A stretch of DNA of 64,000 nucleotides from Dendrobates tinctorius (taxonomy: Eukaryota). Numbering within the stretch: the stretch's first letter is position 1; each line of letters opens with the position of its first letter. The translations under genes were made by a program, and so were the position numbers. The stretch is from NCBI RefSeq assembly GCF_039654945.1, contig NW_027361763.1, positions 10,788,001-10,852,000 of the forward strand, in the 5' to 3' direction. The notes beneath the pieces are model-generated. The model was not told where the DNA came from, did not search any database, and was given only the letters and a program-made list of their open reading frames with translations. Positions 11,479 to 23,399 of the stretch are shown one piece after another.

Positions 11479-14444
11479 TGTCTTGTGGGCAGAGCTACTG
11501 AGCATGCTCAGACCAAAAAAAACGGATCCGGCGCATTGCGGCGCTCATAGGCTTTCATTTTGTGAAAAAGCCGGACGCGCCGGAGACAAAAAACGTTACA
11601 GTAGCCGTTTTTTCCAGACGCCGGATCGCGACACATTGCCGGATCCGGCGAAAACCGGATGAAACGCATGGCCATCCGGCGCGATCCGGCGCAAATGCAA
11701 GTCAATGGGGGGGAAACCGGATCCGGCATTGCATTTCGCCGGATCCGGTTTCTGTCAAAAGCGCCGGATCGAGCCTGACGGCGAAAACCTGATGTGTGAA
11801 AGAGGCCTAACTGCGATAACAAACGTAAATAGATTATTTTAATTTATGTAATGAAAAAAAATATTCTTAAATTTCTCAAAAAAAAATAATTCACAGTCAT
11901 CATCAACAATTTTACTTTTTCAAATTTTTTTATTGATAACATTTGGGAGTTTTGAAACTTTTTGTAAAAAAAAAAAAAAATTCCGGATCCTGCAATTCTG
12001 GCCTTTCAATTTTTTTCTCTTTACATTATTAACTTGTACAGATCAATTCATTTTATATTTTATGTTAGCAGACTTTTACGGATGTGGCAAATCAAAATAT
12101 GCTTTTTTTTCTCATTCTTTATTTTCAAACTAGGAAAGCGAAGGGAGCTGTTCCGAACATCTATGTATTATTTTTTTAATATTTTTTGGTATTATTTCAC
12201 TTATTTTTTTCTATTTTACTTTCATTTAGGGGATTTAAATCTGAGATCATTTCATTTGTTTTTTTGTATAGTGCAATATCACAGTATTGCAGGCAGGCTT
12301 GAACTGGACCACCAAGGAACAGGACAATTCTCTGGTAGGCCCCTGTGAAAAAGTATTAATGCTGAAAAAAGTATAATCTTATTTTTCATTAATCAAGCTA
12401 GCTAAATTCATATTACATAGCAGCAATAATACATTTGTGTACTAGGGTCAGGTTATTTTTGCATGTAGCTGAAAAGTGGACCCCAAGAATCACTGCTTTT
12501 GGTGGGCTTTTGCCAATCCAGTCCGACACTGATCACTGGGTACAAAGAAAATAGTCTTCTCTTACGAAGCAAGGCCATAAAATGCCAATGTCAGTGACTG
12601 AAAGCGGAATTTATATGATTTAACATTAGCGATCTTAGATCGTTCAAGTCGCTGCTGTTACAGGCTGATGCTGGTTGTGTATCACAGTATGGTGCGGGTT
12701 CAGGTACTGAGCCTGCACTATGCTGGAAAACCTAGAATATATTATTACATCCTATGTCAGAAAGGGGATAAAAAGACAACCCATGAATGTCTTCAGTGTG
12801 TAATGCTTCACTTCTCCTGCGGAAGTGCTGCAGAGAAATTGATCACTTACTATACTTTCAGATTTTCACAAAGATTATCGCTGGGGGTCCTGGCAGGGGG
12901 GCACTTTGAGAACTTTTTCTTAGGGATTGTCCGCAGCAGAGTACCCCTCAAAAGAGGTCTTCACTCTCGTCCTCAATGAGGGCCTAAAATGATGGAATGT
13001 CGCCAATGAAACCTCATTGATAGCTCTTATATATACAATTCCCCTTCATGCCGAACACATTAAAATATCTTCTTTTTTTCTGTTTGTTTTTTTGTCTAAA
13101 AATAACATGATGAAGATCTGTAAGTCCTCAAAAGTCACCGGCTAAAGATCTAATGCAGTTTACTGGATGAGAAGGGAGGACTTGTCACAGAAGGTCCTGC
13201 AGAGAAATCACTTCCATCTGTCAGAGTTGAGTTTCTCCTAATTTTATACGGCAGAATATTCCAGACCTCTGTTATTATTGATCCTGTGTCATGGATCCTT
13301 CAAAGCCGAGCAAAGCGATCAATATCTGGAGACTTCCTTTAAAGGCGATAGTGACATGACGGGTATGTTCACCTTCACATCAAACTTTTCCAAAATGACA
13401 AATTTGCAAATAGTTGTAATTAGAAAAGTTTTCATTTTGTGTCTTCAGCTCCGGCGCAGTATAATGGATCTCCATGGCGGAAGAGAAAACTGCTAAGTGT
13501 ATGTTCTTCAGAAGTAGACGGCATATAGAAGGGCGTATGACTGTGGGATCAGACTATAATGTGTTTGGTTACCTTCACCATATTAAAAAATATGTCCAAC
13601 TTTGAAAATATTTTTTTTATCAAGTGTTTCCACAAATCCACGCCTCTCTTTTCTGTCTCGGGGAATATCTCTTCTTTCATCCTACACCTACCATCTATCT
13701 CCTCTCTCTCCGTAGGGATTGTTTTCTCCCAAGCACTTTCTCCTCCACTTCCAATATTTACAGAAAACCTACCACCAGGTCATAAGTGACCATTTTTTTC
13801 TGTTATTTTATTACCTTTGTTTATCTATGTATCCTGTTTTTATTTTTTTTACTCGTCACATGGTTCTAAGGGGTTTTGGTCCTACGGTAATAATGCAAAA
13901 CAGAGAATACAGAGAATACTGTGAGTCACGTCCTCTTGGAAAAGACTATAAAAGTCAGCACTAAATAAAAATGCCTGTATTTCTGGACCTGAATGGCAGA
14001 TTTAAAAAAAAAAAGTTTAAAACAATAAAATACTCGGGGGGAGCAACAGGAATAAAATATGTGATAAAAACTGACCACTTTTGACATCATGACTGTTCTT
14101 CCAATTGTCATTTTCCTTCCCTCCCTGATAGAAATGTTACTTCCCTCTTCCCTATACCACATGTATGCCTTTTCTGAGTGTCACCCTCCACCTTCCATGT
14201 TTCACTACTATAGCAGTCCTCTTCTCACATTATGCCTCAGCACAGTTTTGCGCAGTAACATCCCCTTTTCTAATCTAACTTTCTCCTGTTTTTTTCTATC
14301 CTTCACACTATCATCTCCCAGACCCTCAACATCAACTTCTGTACAATGTGAGCATCTTCAAGTATCTCTTCCCCATATTATCTTTCCTCCTGCAGTATCA
14401 CAACTACTTCTTCCACTCTACAATAACATCACTCCCTACAGTAT

Positions 14445-15447
14445 TGTGAGGGAGGGCCAGGGCCGTACTCATGACCGAGGCCCACTTTTAGTCGTGCCCT
14501 GACCTCCCATCACATGAAAATAGCATCCATTACACAGTGCACCTGTGGCTTCACTTTCTGCGTTTCTGAAGGCTCCCTCTAGATGGATCCACACAAATTG
14601 AAACACTGTCCATTTCCACTTTCAAATGAACAACTTTACTGGTTTCCTTATGCAGCACATTCATGTTCAACACATCATTAACAACAGGTTCCATCATGCA
14701 CATTTCTTCCTCTTTCCCTGTACGCCTTTCCTTGTCATACAGCACGTACCCTGGTTGGAACATATCATATGGTTCCGTAGTGTCCTCCCTGTCCAGCTTT
14801 GCTACGGATATGGGTTCCCTCATGTGTTTCACCCCAGACATAAGGGCATCTGCCCGCAAAGTCAGCTGCCACATGGTGAGCGACCTGCCCTTCTGCACTG
14901 TCTCTTGTAGTGACACTGCATCCTCCCTGTCCAAACTCACTTCATTTAGGGGTTCCCTCAGCTGTTTTGCCCCAGTTCTGAGGGCATTAGCCCATGCGAT
15001 AAGTTGCCACATTATGGAGCCACCTGCGTCCCCATACTGTCCTGGCCTTGCCCTTAGCCTCTGTTCCAACACTGCTGTAGCCCCCTGCTGTTCTGGACCG
15101 TTGGCCTGGATGGCTGGGCCCCAACTTAGAACATTATGTGGTCACTGCTTCTATTCCGGGCTATATAGCCCGTCCAGATGGTTTTGGCACCCTGGCCTGA
15201 CTGACTCCAAGAGGAAGTCCTCCCTCCCTTAACTGCAGCTGACCCCTCCTATAGTTAAACTATGTACAATGTGTGAACTACCTAGAGACTGTCAGAACTC
15301 CATCTTGTGGACTACATGGGTACTGCATTTTCCCTATGTCAGATCTATTATACATAGCAAGACAGGTATATTTACTTTTATACAAATATAAGCATAGGGA
15401 ATATTTACACTAAGGAAGGGAGTGGAGTATAACATGATCCCTGTACA
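14445..15447 (-). mobile_element. Unclassified insertion (possible LTR-element remnant) in CT-rich degenerate repeat
   Basis: Sharp compositional break in the CAGTATCATCTCC-type repeat; TG..CA ends; contains a 173-aa ORF with an internal ~46-aa duplication. Confidence 0.35.
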
Positions 15448-16005
15448 CCCCTTACAGTATCATGCCCCTAGTATCATTACCCTCTATCATCTCTTCGCCT
15501 TCTGTCCATCCCTCTCCCTTCAGTATAAACTCCTTCCAGCATCATTTCCTCTTAATATCATTTTCCTTCCTGTAGCATCATTCCCATACAGTATCTTTTC
15601 CACTTGTTATCTATCATCTCTCCTATCTGCAATGTCAGTTCCTTCAGTATATTTTTCTCTTGGTATCATATATCCATTCTGCAATGTCACTTCGCTCCAG
15701 TACCATTTCATCTCAGAATCATCTCTCCCTTATGCAGTATCACTCTTCTCCACTATAATTTCCTCTTGGTATCATCTCATAGTCTGCAGTATCACTTACC
15801 TCCAGTATTATTTCCTCTTGGTGTTACAGTATCTTTCGCTTCTGCAGTATCCCTTTTCTCTAGTATCATTTGTACTCAGTATCATCTCTCCTTCTGCAGT
15901 ATCACTAGCCTCTAGTATCATTTCCTCTTGGTATCATCTTTCCCTTCTACAGTATCCCTCTTCTCCAGTATCATTTTTCCTCACTATCATCTCAGACTAT
16001 CATCT
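15448..16005. repeat. CT-rich degenerate tandem repeat (CAGTATCATTTCCTCTTGGTATCATCTC), continuing at 20633-20960
   Basis: Recurring AGTATCA/GGTATCA motifs; split by the CR1 insertion. Confidence 0.75.
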
Positions 16006-16008
16006 CAA

Positions 16009-19000
16009 ACTTGATAAACGAGGAGGAGGTGTCGCATTGTATGTTAGAAACGCGTATATCTGCACAGAGATTGAAGCTTCAGAGACTGGGAGTTCTGTGG
16101 AAACTGTTTGGGTAAGAATACAAGGACAGAACAATGGAAAGGACACCATTGTAGGCATTTACTACAGGCCGCCTGTGCAAGCTGAAGATATGGATGAACT
16201 CTTTATGCATCAAATGGCCAAGTTCTCCAAAAAATATGACATAGTTGTCATGGGAGATTTCAACTATCCAGACATTTGTTGGGAATCTCTCTCAGGCAAA
16301 ACTAACAGGTCAAGGAAATTCTTATCCTCTCTTGCTGACAACTTTATCTTCCAAAAGGTAGGGGAGAAAACAAGGGGAACTGCTACCTTGGATCTAATCC
16401 TTATAAACAGAGAGGAAATGGTTGAGGAGGTAAAAGTGGCTGGGACCCTAGGAGGTAGCGACCATGCTATTTTAGAATTTTGGATAACTAGAGGAGGAAG
16501 ACCTGTGAAGACTCAGACGTCAAGGTTAGATTTCAGAAAGGCAGATTTTAAGGGATTCAGAAAGAGAATTGGAGGGATCCAATGGCTGGATATCCTTAAA
16601 GACAAAAATGTCCAGGAAGGATGGGAAATCTTGAAAAATGAAATTCTCAAAGCACAATTGTTAACAATTCCGAAAAGAGGGAAGAATAGGAAGCATTTAA
16701 GGAAACCAGGATGGATGAACACAGAACTTAAGCACATGCTAAAAAGGAGGAAAAAAGGTTTATAAAATGGAAAGAGGGAGGCATATCTATAGAAGAATAT
16801 AATGCTGTCTGCAGAACTTGCAGGGCACAAATTAGATTATCTAAAGCTGACAATGAATGGAGGCTTGCAAGAGATGTCAAAAGCAACAATAAAGGATTTT
16901 GGGGATATGTCAAAAGTAAAAGAAAAATCAAAGATGCTATAGGATTTTTACAGAATGAAAATGATGAAATGGTAAGACAGGATGTTGAGAAGGCCGAACT
17001 TTTAAATCCCTATTTTGCATCTGCTTTCTCTCAGAAAGGAAAAGTAATATCAAATGTTCTTCACTGTTCTATTAAGGGAATAGAAGAATCCAGGATATCT
17101 ATAAACAGAAAGATAGTGAGGAAACACTTAGCTAACCTAAATGAATTCAAGTCTCTAGGTCCAGATGAATTACCACCCAGAGTACTGAAGGAGATAGCAG
17201 AAGAAATTTCTGAACCCCTCTCCATAATCTTTGAAAACTCTTGGAGAACAGGAGAAGTCCCAGAAGACTGGAGAAGAGCAAATGTTGTTCCTATCTTCAA
17301 AAAGGGGAAGAAGGTGGACCCAGGCAACTATAGGCCGGTGAGTCTGACTTCTATACCAGGAAAGATCTTTGAACAAATTATTAAAAAATATGTATGTCAG
17401 TACCTGGCTAAGAATGAAGTGGTTAAACAGAGTCAGCATGGGTTTGTAACTAATAAGTCATGTCAGACTAACTTAATTTCCTTCTATGACAGAATCACTG
17501 ATTGGGTGGATCTTGACTTCAGCAAAGCATTTGACAAAGTTTCTCACACAATCTGTATTGAAATAATGACTAGATATGGAATGGACAAGGTAACTGTTAG
17601 GTGGATTCATAATTGGCTTAGTGATCGGACCCAAAGAGTGGTCGTAAATGGCTGCACATCCAGTTGGAAGAATGTCTCAAGTGGGGCACCACAGGGCTCT
17701 GTCCTGGGCCCTGTACTGTTCAACATCTATATCAACGATTTAGATGAAGGAATTGAGGGTAAACTGATTAAATTTGCTGATGACACAAAGCTAGGAGGGA
17801 TAGCTAATACTAGAGAAGAGAGAGAGAGGATTCAAAAAGATATAAATAAACTGGAGCAGTGGGCAGCAACTAACAGAATGGTTTTTAACAGGGAAAAATG
17901 CAAAGTACTACATCTGGGCAATAAAAATGAAAAAAGCAAATACAGAATGGGAGGAATAGGGCTAAGCAACAGCACATGTGAAAAAGACTTGGGTATACTA
18001 ATAGATCACAGACTGAATATGAGTCAACAGTGTGATGCAGCAGCAAAAAAGGCAAATGCAATTCTGGGATGTATTAACAGAAGCATACAGTAGTCTAGAT
18101 CACGTGAAGTCATTATTGCCCTCTACTCCTCTTTAGTCAGACCTCATCTGGAATACTGTGTCCAGTTTTGGGCACCACATTTTAAAAAAGACATCAACAA
18201 ACTGGAGCAAGTTCAGAAAAGAGCGACAAGAATGGTGACCGGTCTGCAAACCCTGTCTTACATAGATACATAGTAACATAGTTTTGAAGGCTGAAGGAAG
18301 ACCGTATGTCCATCTAGTTCAGCCTATTTTTAGTTCAGCTGTTCTGCATTGTTGATCCTGGGGAAGGCAAAAAACCCACAGAGTAGCAGCCAATTTTCTC
18401 CATAGGGAAAAAAGTTCCTTCCCCTAAGCTGGGTCAACCATCTACCTATAATATTATGTTATTCGTAACCTTCTATACTGTTACTCACAAGAAAAGCATC
18501 CATTCCTTTCTTAAATTCATTCAGTGAGTTGGCCATCACCACTTCCTCAGGAAGAGAATTCCAGAGCCTCACTGCTCTTACCGTGAAGAACCCTCTTCTA
18601 TGCTGGTGCAGAAATGGTCTTTCCTCCAAACGAAGAGAATGCCCCCTTGATCTTGTCACAGTCCTTGGTACAAACAGTTCATTGGAGAGATCTCTGTATT
18701 GCCCTCTGATATACTTGTACATATATATTAGGTCTCCCCTATGTTTTCTCTTTTCTAGAGTAAATAGACCTAATTTTGATAACCTTTCTGGGTATTGTAG
18801 TGAACCAACTCCATTTATCATTTTAGTAGCCCGCCTTTGAACCCTTTCAAGTTCAGTACTGTCTTTCTTGAGCACCGGCGTCCAAAATTGCACACAATAC
18901 TCCAAGTGTGGTCTGACGAGTGATTTGTACAGAGGGAGAATTATATTTTCATCTCGTGTCCCCAGACCTCTTCTAATGCATCCCATGACCCTATTTGCTT

Positions 19001-20632
19001 TGGTGGCAGCTGCCTGACACTGGGCACTCCAATTTAGCTTCTTATTGACTGATTTACCCAGCAGTTTCCCATTTAGTAAGTAATTGTAGCATCTGTTTCT
19101 CCTTCCCATGTGCATAACCTTACACTTATCTGTGTTAAACCTCATTTGCCATTTTTCAGCCCAATTCTCCAATTTACTCAAATCTGTTTGGAGTTGCAAA
19201 CTGTCCTCCTTTGTGGTAACTACCTTACATAGTTTTGTATCATCTGCAAATACTGATATTTTATTGTGTTAGCCATCCACTTGATCATTAATAAATATAT
19301 TAAATAGTAGGGGGCACAATACAGAACCCTGTGGTACCCCACTAGTAACCCTGGCCCAATCTGAGTATGCCCCATTAATAACCACTCTTTGTTTTCTATC
19401 ACTAAGCCAGCTACCTACCCATCTACACACATTTTCCCCTAGCCCAAGCTTTCTCATCTTACTTACCAATCTTTTATGTGGGACAGTGTCAAATGCTTTA
19501 GAGAAGTCGAGATAAATGACATCCAATGATTCTCCTGGGTCCATTTGAGAGCTTACATCCTCATAGAAGCTGATCAGGTTAGTCTGACAGGAGCGATCCT
19601 TCATAAATCCATGTTGATATGGAGTTAAACATTTATTAACATTGAGATATTCCATAATGGTATCCCTTAGAAACCCTTCAAAAATTTTACCCACAACAGA
19701 TGTTAAGCTTACCGGCCTATAGTTTCCAGGTTCCCTTTTACACCCCTTTTTGAATATTGGTACCACATTTGCTTGCCGCCAATCAAAAGGAACAGACCCT
19801 GTTTCTATAGAGTCTTTAAATATAAGGAATAGAGGCCTGTCTATCACATTACTTAACTCCCTTAATACCCGAGGGTGAATGCCATCAGGGCCTGGTGATT
19901 TGTCAATTTTAATCTTACTAAGGCGGTTCTGCACTTCTTCCTGGGTTAGGCAGGTAATGCTTAATGGGGAGTTTACATTATCACTCTACATTTCCCCTGG
20001 CAAATCCTTTTCCTGTGTGAACATTGTTGAGAAAAAAGTATTTAAAACATTTGCTTTTCCCACATCGCTCTCTATGATTTCACCCTCATTGTTCTTTAAA
20101 GGGCCGACACCATCAATTTTAATCATGTTACTGTTTATATAATTAAAGAATAGTTTGGGGTTTGTTTTACTTTCCTTAGCAATGAGTCTCTCAGTTTCCA
20201 CTTTTGCTAAATGTATTTGTTTTTTACACATTTATGAGGAAAGGTTGCAGGATTTGGGAATGTTTAGTTTGCAAAAGAGGAGACTGAGAGGAGACTTAAT
20301 AGCTGTCTACAAATATCTGAAGGGCTGTCACATTGTAGAAGGATCATCTTTATTCTCATTTGCACAAGGAAAGACTAGAAGCAATGGGATGAAACTGAAT
20401 GGGAGGAGACACAGATTAGATATTAGAAAAAACTTTTTGACAGTTAGAGTGATCAGTGAGTGGAACAAGCTGCCACGAGAAGTGGTGAGTTCTCCTTCAA
20501 TGGAAGTGTTCAAACAGAGGCTGGACAGACATCTGTCTGGGATGATTTAGCGAATCCTGCTTTGAGCAGGGGGTTGGACCAGATGGCCCAGGAGGTCCCT
20601 TCCAACTCTACGATTCTATGATTCTATGATTC
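16009..20632 (+). mobile_element. 5'-truncated CR1 LINE (ORF2 pseudogene), split by a nested CR1
   Basis: APE motifs GIYYRPP, MGDFNYP, SDH; RT motifs [12 protein letters not shown]; resumes at 20232 (YEERLQDLG); (ATTCTATG)n tail; very similar to the copy at 52.7-55.4 kb. Confidence 0.96.
18261..20231 (-). mobile_element. 5'-truncated CR1 LINE of a different subfamily, nested antisense
   Basis: [42 protein letters not shown]; (ACTATGT)-type 3' tail at 18261-18282; TTA at both junctions. Confidence 0.93.
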
Positions 20633-21298
20633 TCCCTTCTGCAGCATCTCTCCCTTACAGTATCATCTCCTTTTGATATCACCTCTCCCGTCTTCAGTAT
20701 CCTTCTTCTCCAGTATAAATTCCTCTTGGTATCACCTCCCCCTTCTGCAGTATCCCTCTTCTTCAGTATCATTTCTTCTCTGTATTATCTCTCCCTTCTG
20801 CATAATCAGTCCTCTCCAGTATCATTTACCCTTGGTATTATTACTCCCTTCTGTAGCATTACTCCCCTCCAGTAACATTTCTTTCCAATATCACCTCTCC
20901 ATTTCTCTCAATAGCATATTTTCTCCAAGTCCTCATATCATTCTCGGCAGAAGCATCTTGTCTCATCAATTAAAAAAAAACACCTGCAAAGTCTTCCTAA
21001 GCGTTTATAAAGGTCCCTCAGTCTGTTTCTGCAGGCTCCACAATCATGGGGGAAGACTGCTGACTTGACAGATGTCCAGAAGGCAGTCACTGACACACTC
21101 TACATGGAGGGTAAGCCACAAAAGGTCATTGCTAAAGACTAAAGAAGCCGGCTGTTCACAGAGTGCTGTATCCAAACATATTAATGGAAAGTTGAGCAGA
21201 AGGAAAAAGTTTGGTAGAAAAAGGTGCACAAGCAACTGGGATAACCGCAGCCTGGAAAGGATTGTTAAGAAAAGGCCATTCAAAAATTTGAGGGCGTT

Positions 21299-21559
21299 TA
21301 ATAATAATCTTTATATAGTGCTATCATATTCGGCAGCGCATTACAGTTTGCACACATTAGCATCGCTGTCCCCGATGGGGCTCGCTATCTACATTCCCTA
21401 TCAGTATGTCTTTGGAATGTGGGAGGAAACCGGAGTACCTGGAGGAAACCCACACAAACACGGGGAGAACATACAAAATCAGATGTCCTTGGTGGGATTT
21501 GAACTCAGGACCCCAGCGCTACAAGACTGCAGTGCTAACCACTGAGCCACCATGCTGCC
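21299..21559 (-). mobile_element. tRNA-derived SINE with L2-type tail
   Basis: Minus strand: A box TGGCTCAGTGG, B box GAGTTCAAATCCC, (TTA)n tail; second copy at 37865-38136. Confidence 0.88.
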
Positions 21560-21892
21560 ATCGCTAGGGTTGACTGCTGCTGGAGTCATTGTTTTAAGAG
21601 CCAACACACACAAGCGTATCCAGGACATGGGTTACAAGTGTCGCATTCCTTGTGTCGAGCCACTCATGACCAATAGACAACGCCAGAAGCGTGTTACTTG
21701 AGCCAAGGATAAAAAGAACTGGACTGTTGTCAGTGGTCCAAGGTGTTGCTTTCAGATGAAAGTAAATTTTGCATTTAAAATGGAAATCAAGGTCCCAGAG
21801 TCTGGAGGAAGAGTGGAGAGGCCACAATCCAAGCTGCTGGAGGTCTAGTGTGAAGTTTCCACAATCAGTGATGGTTTGGGGAGCCATGTCAT

Positions 21893-22168
21893 TATTATTA
21901 TTATTATTATTATTATGCATTTATATAGCGCCATTTATTCCATGGCGCTTTACATGTGAAAAGGGGAAATATAGACAAGTATAATAAACATGTGTAAGAC
22001 AAGGGACACACAAGTACATAAGGAGAGGGGACCCTGCCTGTGAGCGCTCACAGTCTACAGGGATGGGTGAGGATACAGTAGGAGAGGGTAGAGCAGGTCT
22101 TGCGGTGGTTCAGTAGACCGAGGATCATTGCAGGCTGTAGGCTTGTCAGAACAGGTGGGTCTTCAGGT
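21893..22168 (-). mobile_element. L2-like LINE 3' fragment
   Basis: (TAA)n tail; 8-bp TSD CATGTCAT (21885-21892 and 22169-22176); homologous to 26252-26518. Confidence 0.75.
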
Positions 22169-23399
22169 CATGTCATCTGCGGGTGTAGATCTACTGTGTT
22201 TTATCAAGATCAAAGTCAGCGCAGCCGTCTACCAGGAAATTTTAGAGCACTTCATGCTTCCCTCTGCTGACAAGATTTTTTGGAGACGGAAATGTCATTC
22301 TCCAGCAGGACTTGACACCTGTCCACACTGCTAAAAGTACCAATACCTGGTTTACAAACAAAAGGATCACGGTGCTTGATTGGCCAGCAAACTTGCATGA
22401 CCTTACCTTAACCCTGTGAGCAGGTACTAAGATGCATAACAGGTCGGAGGCAGAGCAAGGGTTAACGTGGGGTTAAATTTAACAGGCATACTCCTTGCAG
22501 GGAAAGAACAGGGAAAACAGTATAAAGGGACACAGGGTACGTAACCCAGGGGAAACGGGTATGAAGAATAGGGAAGGAAGTTCAAGATTAGCAAACTTAT
22601 CAGTCAGACGACTTCAGAATGCAGTTAGTTCAGTATGTGGACTTTGGCGCCAAAGCAGTGGCACGTAAGGGGTCCGGTATGGTCCTGGAAAAGATGGCGC
22701 CCTGGATCCTGGCAGTGGCGGTGATTCCTCGTGGTTCGGTGTAGTCCTGGAAAAGATGACGTCTTGGCTCCTGGCGGCAACGATGATTCCTCGTGGTCCG
22801 GTCGGTGATCGGTGTGTTAGGAAACGACGAACCGAACAGAGCACAGTCTTTCCCCCTGTCAGCGTGCTGGTACAACGAGCAACTCAACTCTGGTATAAAG
22901 GGAAACCCCTCACAGCGTGTGTCCCAATTCTCCCTTCGGTGAGTGCGCATCCTGACTGGGCGTCGTCTCACTCATGGTCAGTGTTGTCAGCGGGGACCAG
23001 GTACATCATAGTCTCTGTTAGCAGCTTTTTGCCTCTGCTCATTTTGGCCCACTCTGGTAGTCGGTTTATTCGCATAACCCTGACACTGCCCTCCTGTGCG
23101 CTGCACGTTCCCACGGCGACCAACTGATTTTCTGCACGCTGTCGCCCTTTTATCTTAGCCACGTCCCTACTCCTATTTGCAGAGGTCGGTCCGGGGCCTT
23201 AAGTTTTCCCCCGTGAAACCTGGGTGACACCCCGACAGTTCCGGATCCGTCACGGAGTAGGTAGGCCTGGTCCGGGTCTTCTCCTTACATTTTCCCACTC
23301 TTTTGCTCGCCATTCCTCGGGCGAGAGTTCCTGCACTAAGAGCTGACATTCTCCCTTTCCTTGAACAATTTGTCGCCAAACAAAATGATCCTGATCATA

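Larger units (their letters stand above)
6504..11807. mobile_element. Full-length PIF/Harbinger DNA transposon (transposase plus MADF/Myb gene)
   Basis: ~35-bp TIRs GGCTACTTTCACACATCAGGTTTTCGGCGTCAGGC / GCCTGACGGCGAAAACCTGATGTGTGAAAGAGGCC; TTA/TAA flanks; two convergent genes; subterminal CGGATCCG arrays. Confidence 0.96.

Noticed and set aside
15422-16008. Hydrophobic N-terminal extension fused to the CR1 endonuclease (447-aa ORF)
   Set aside because: Chance read-through from the CT-rich repeat into a 5'-truncated CR1.
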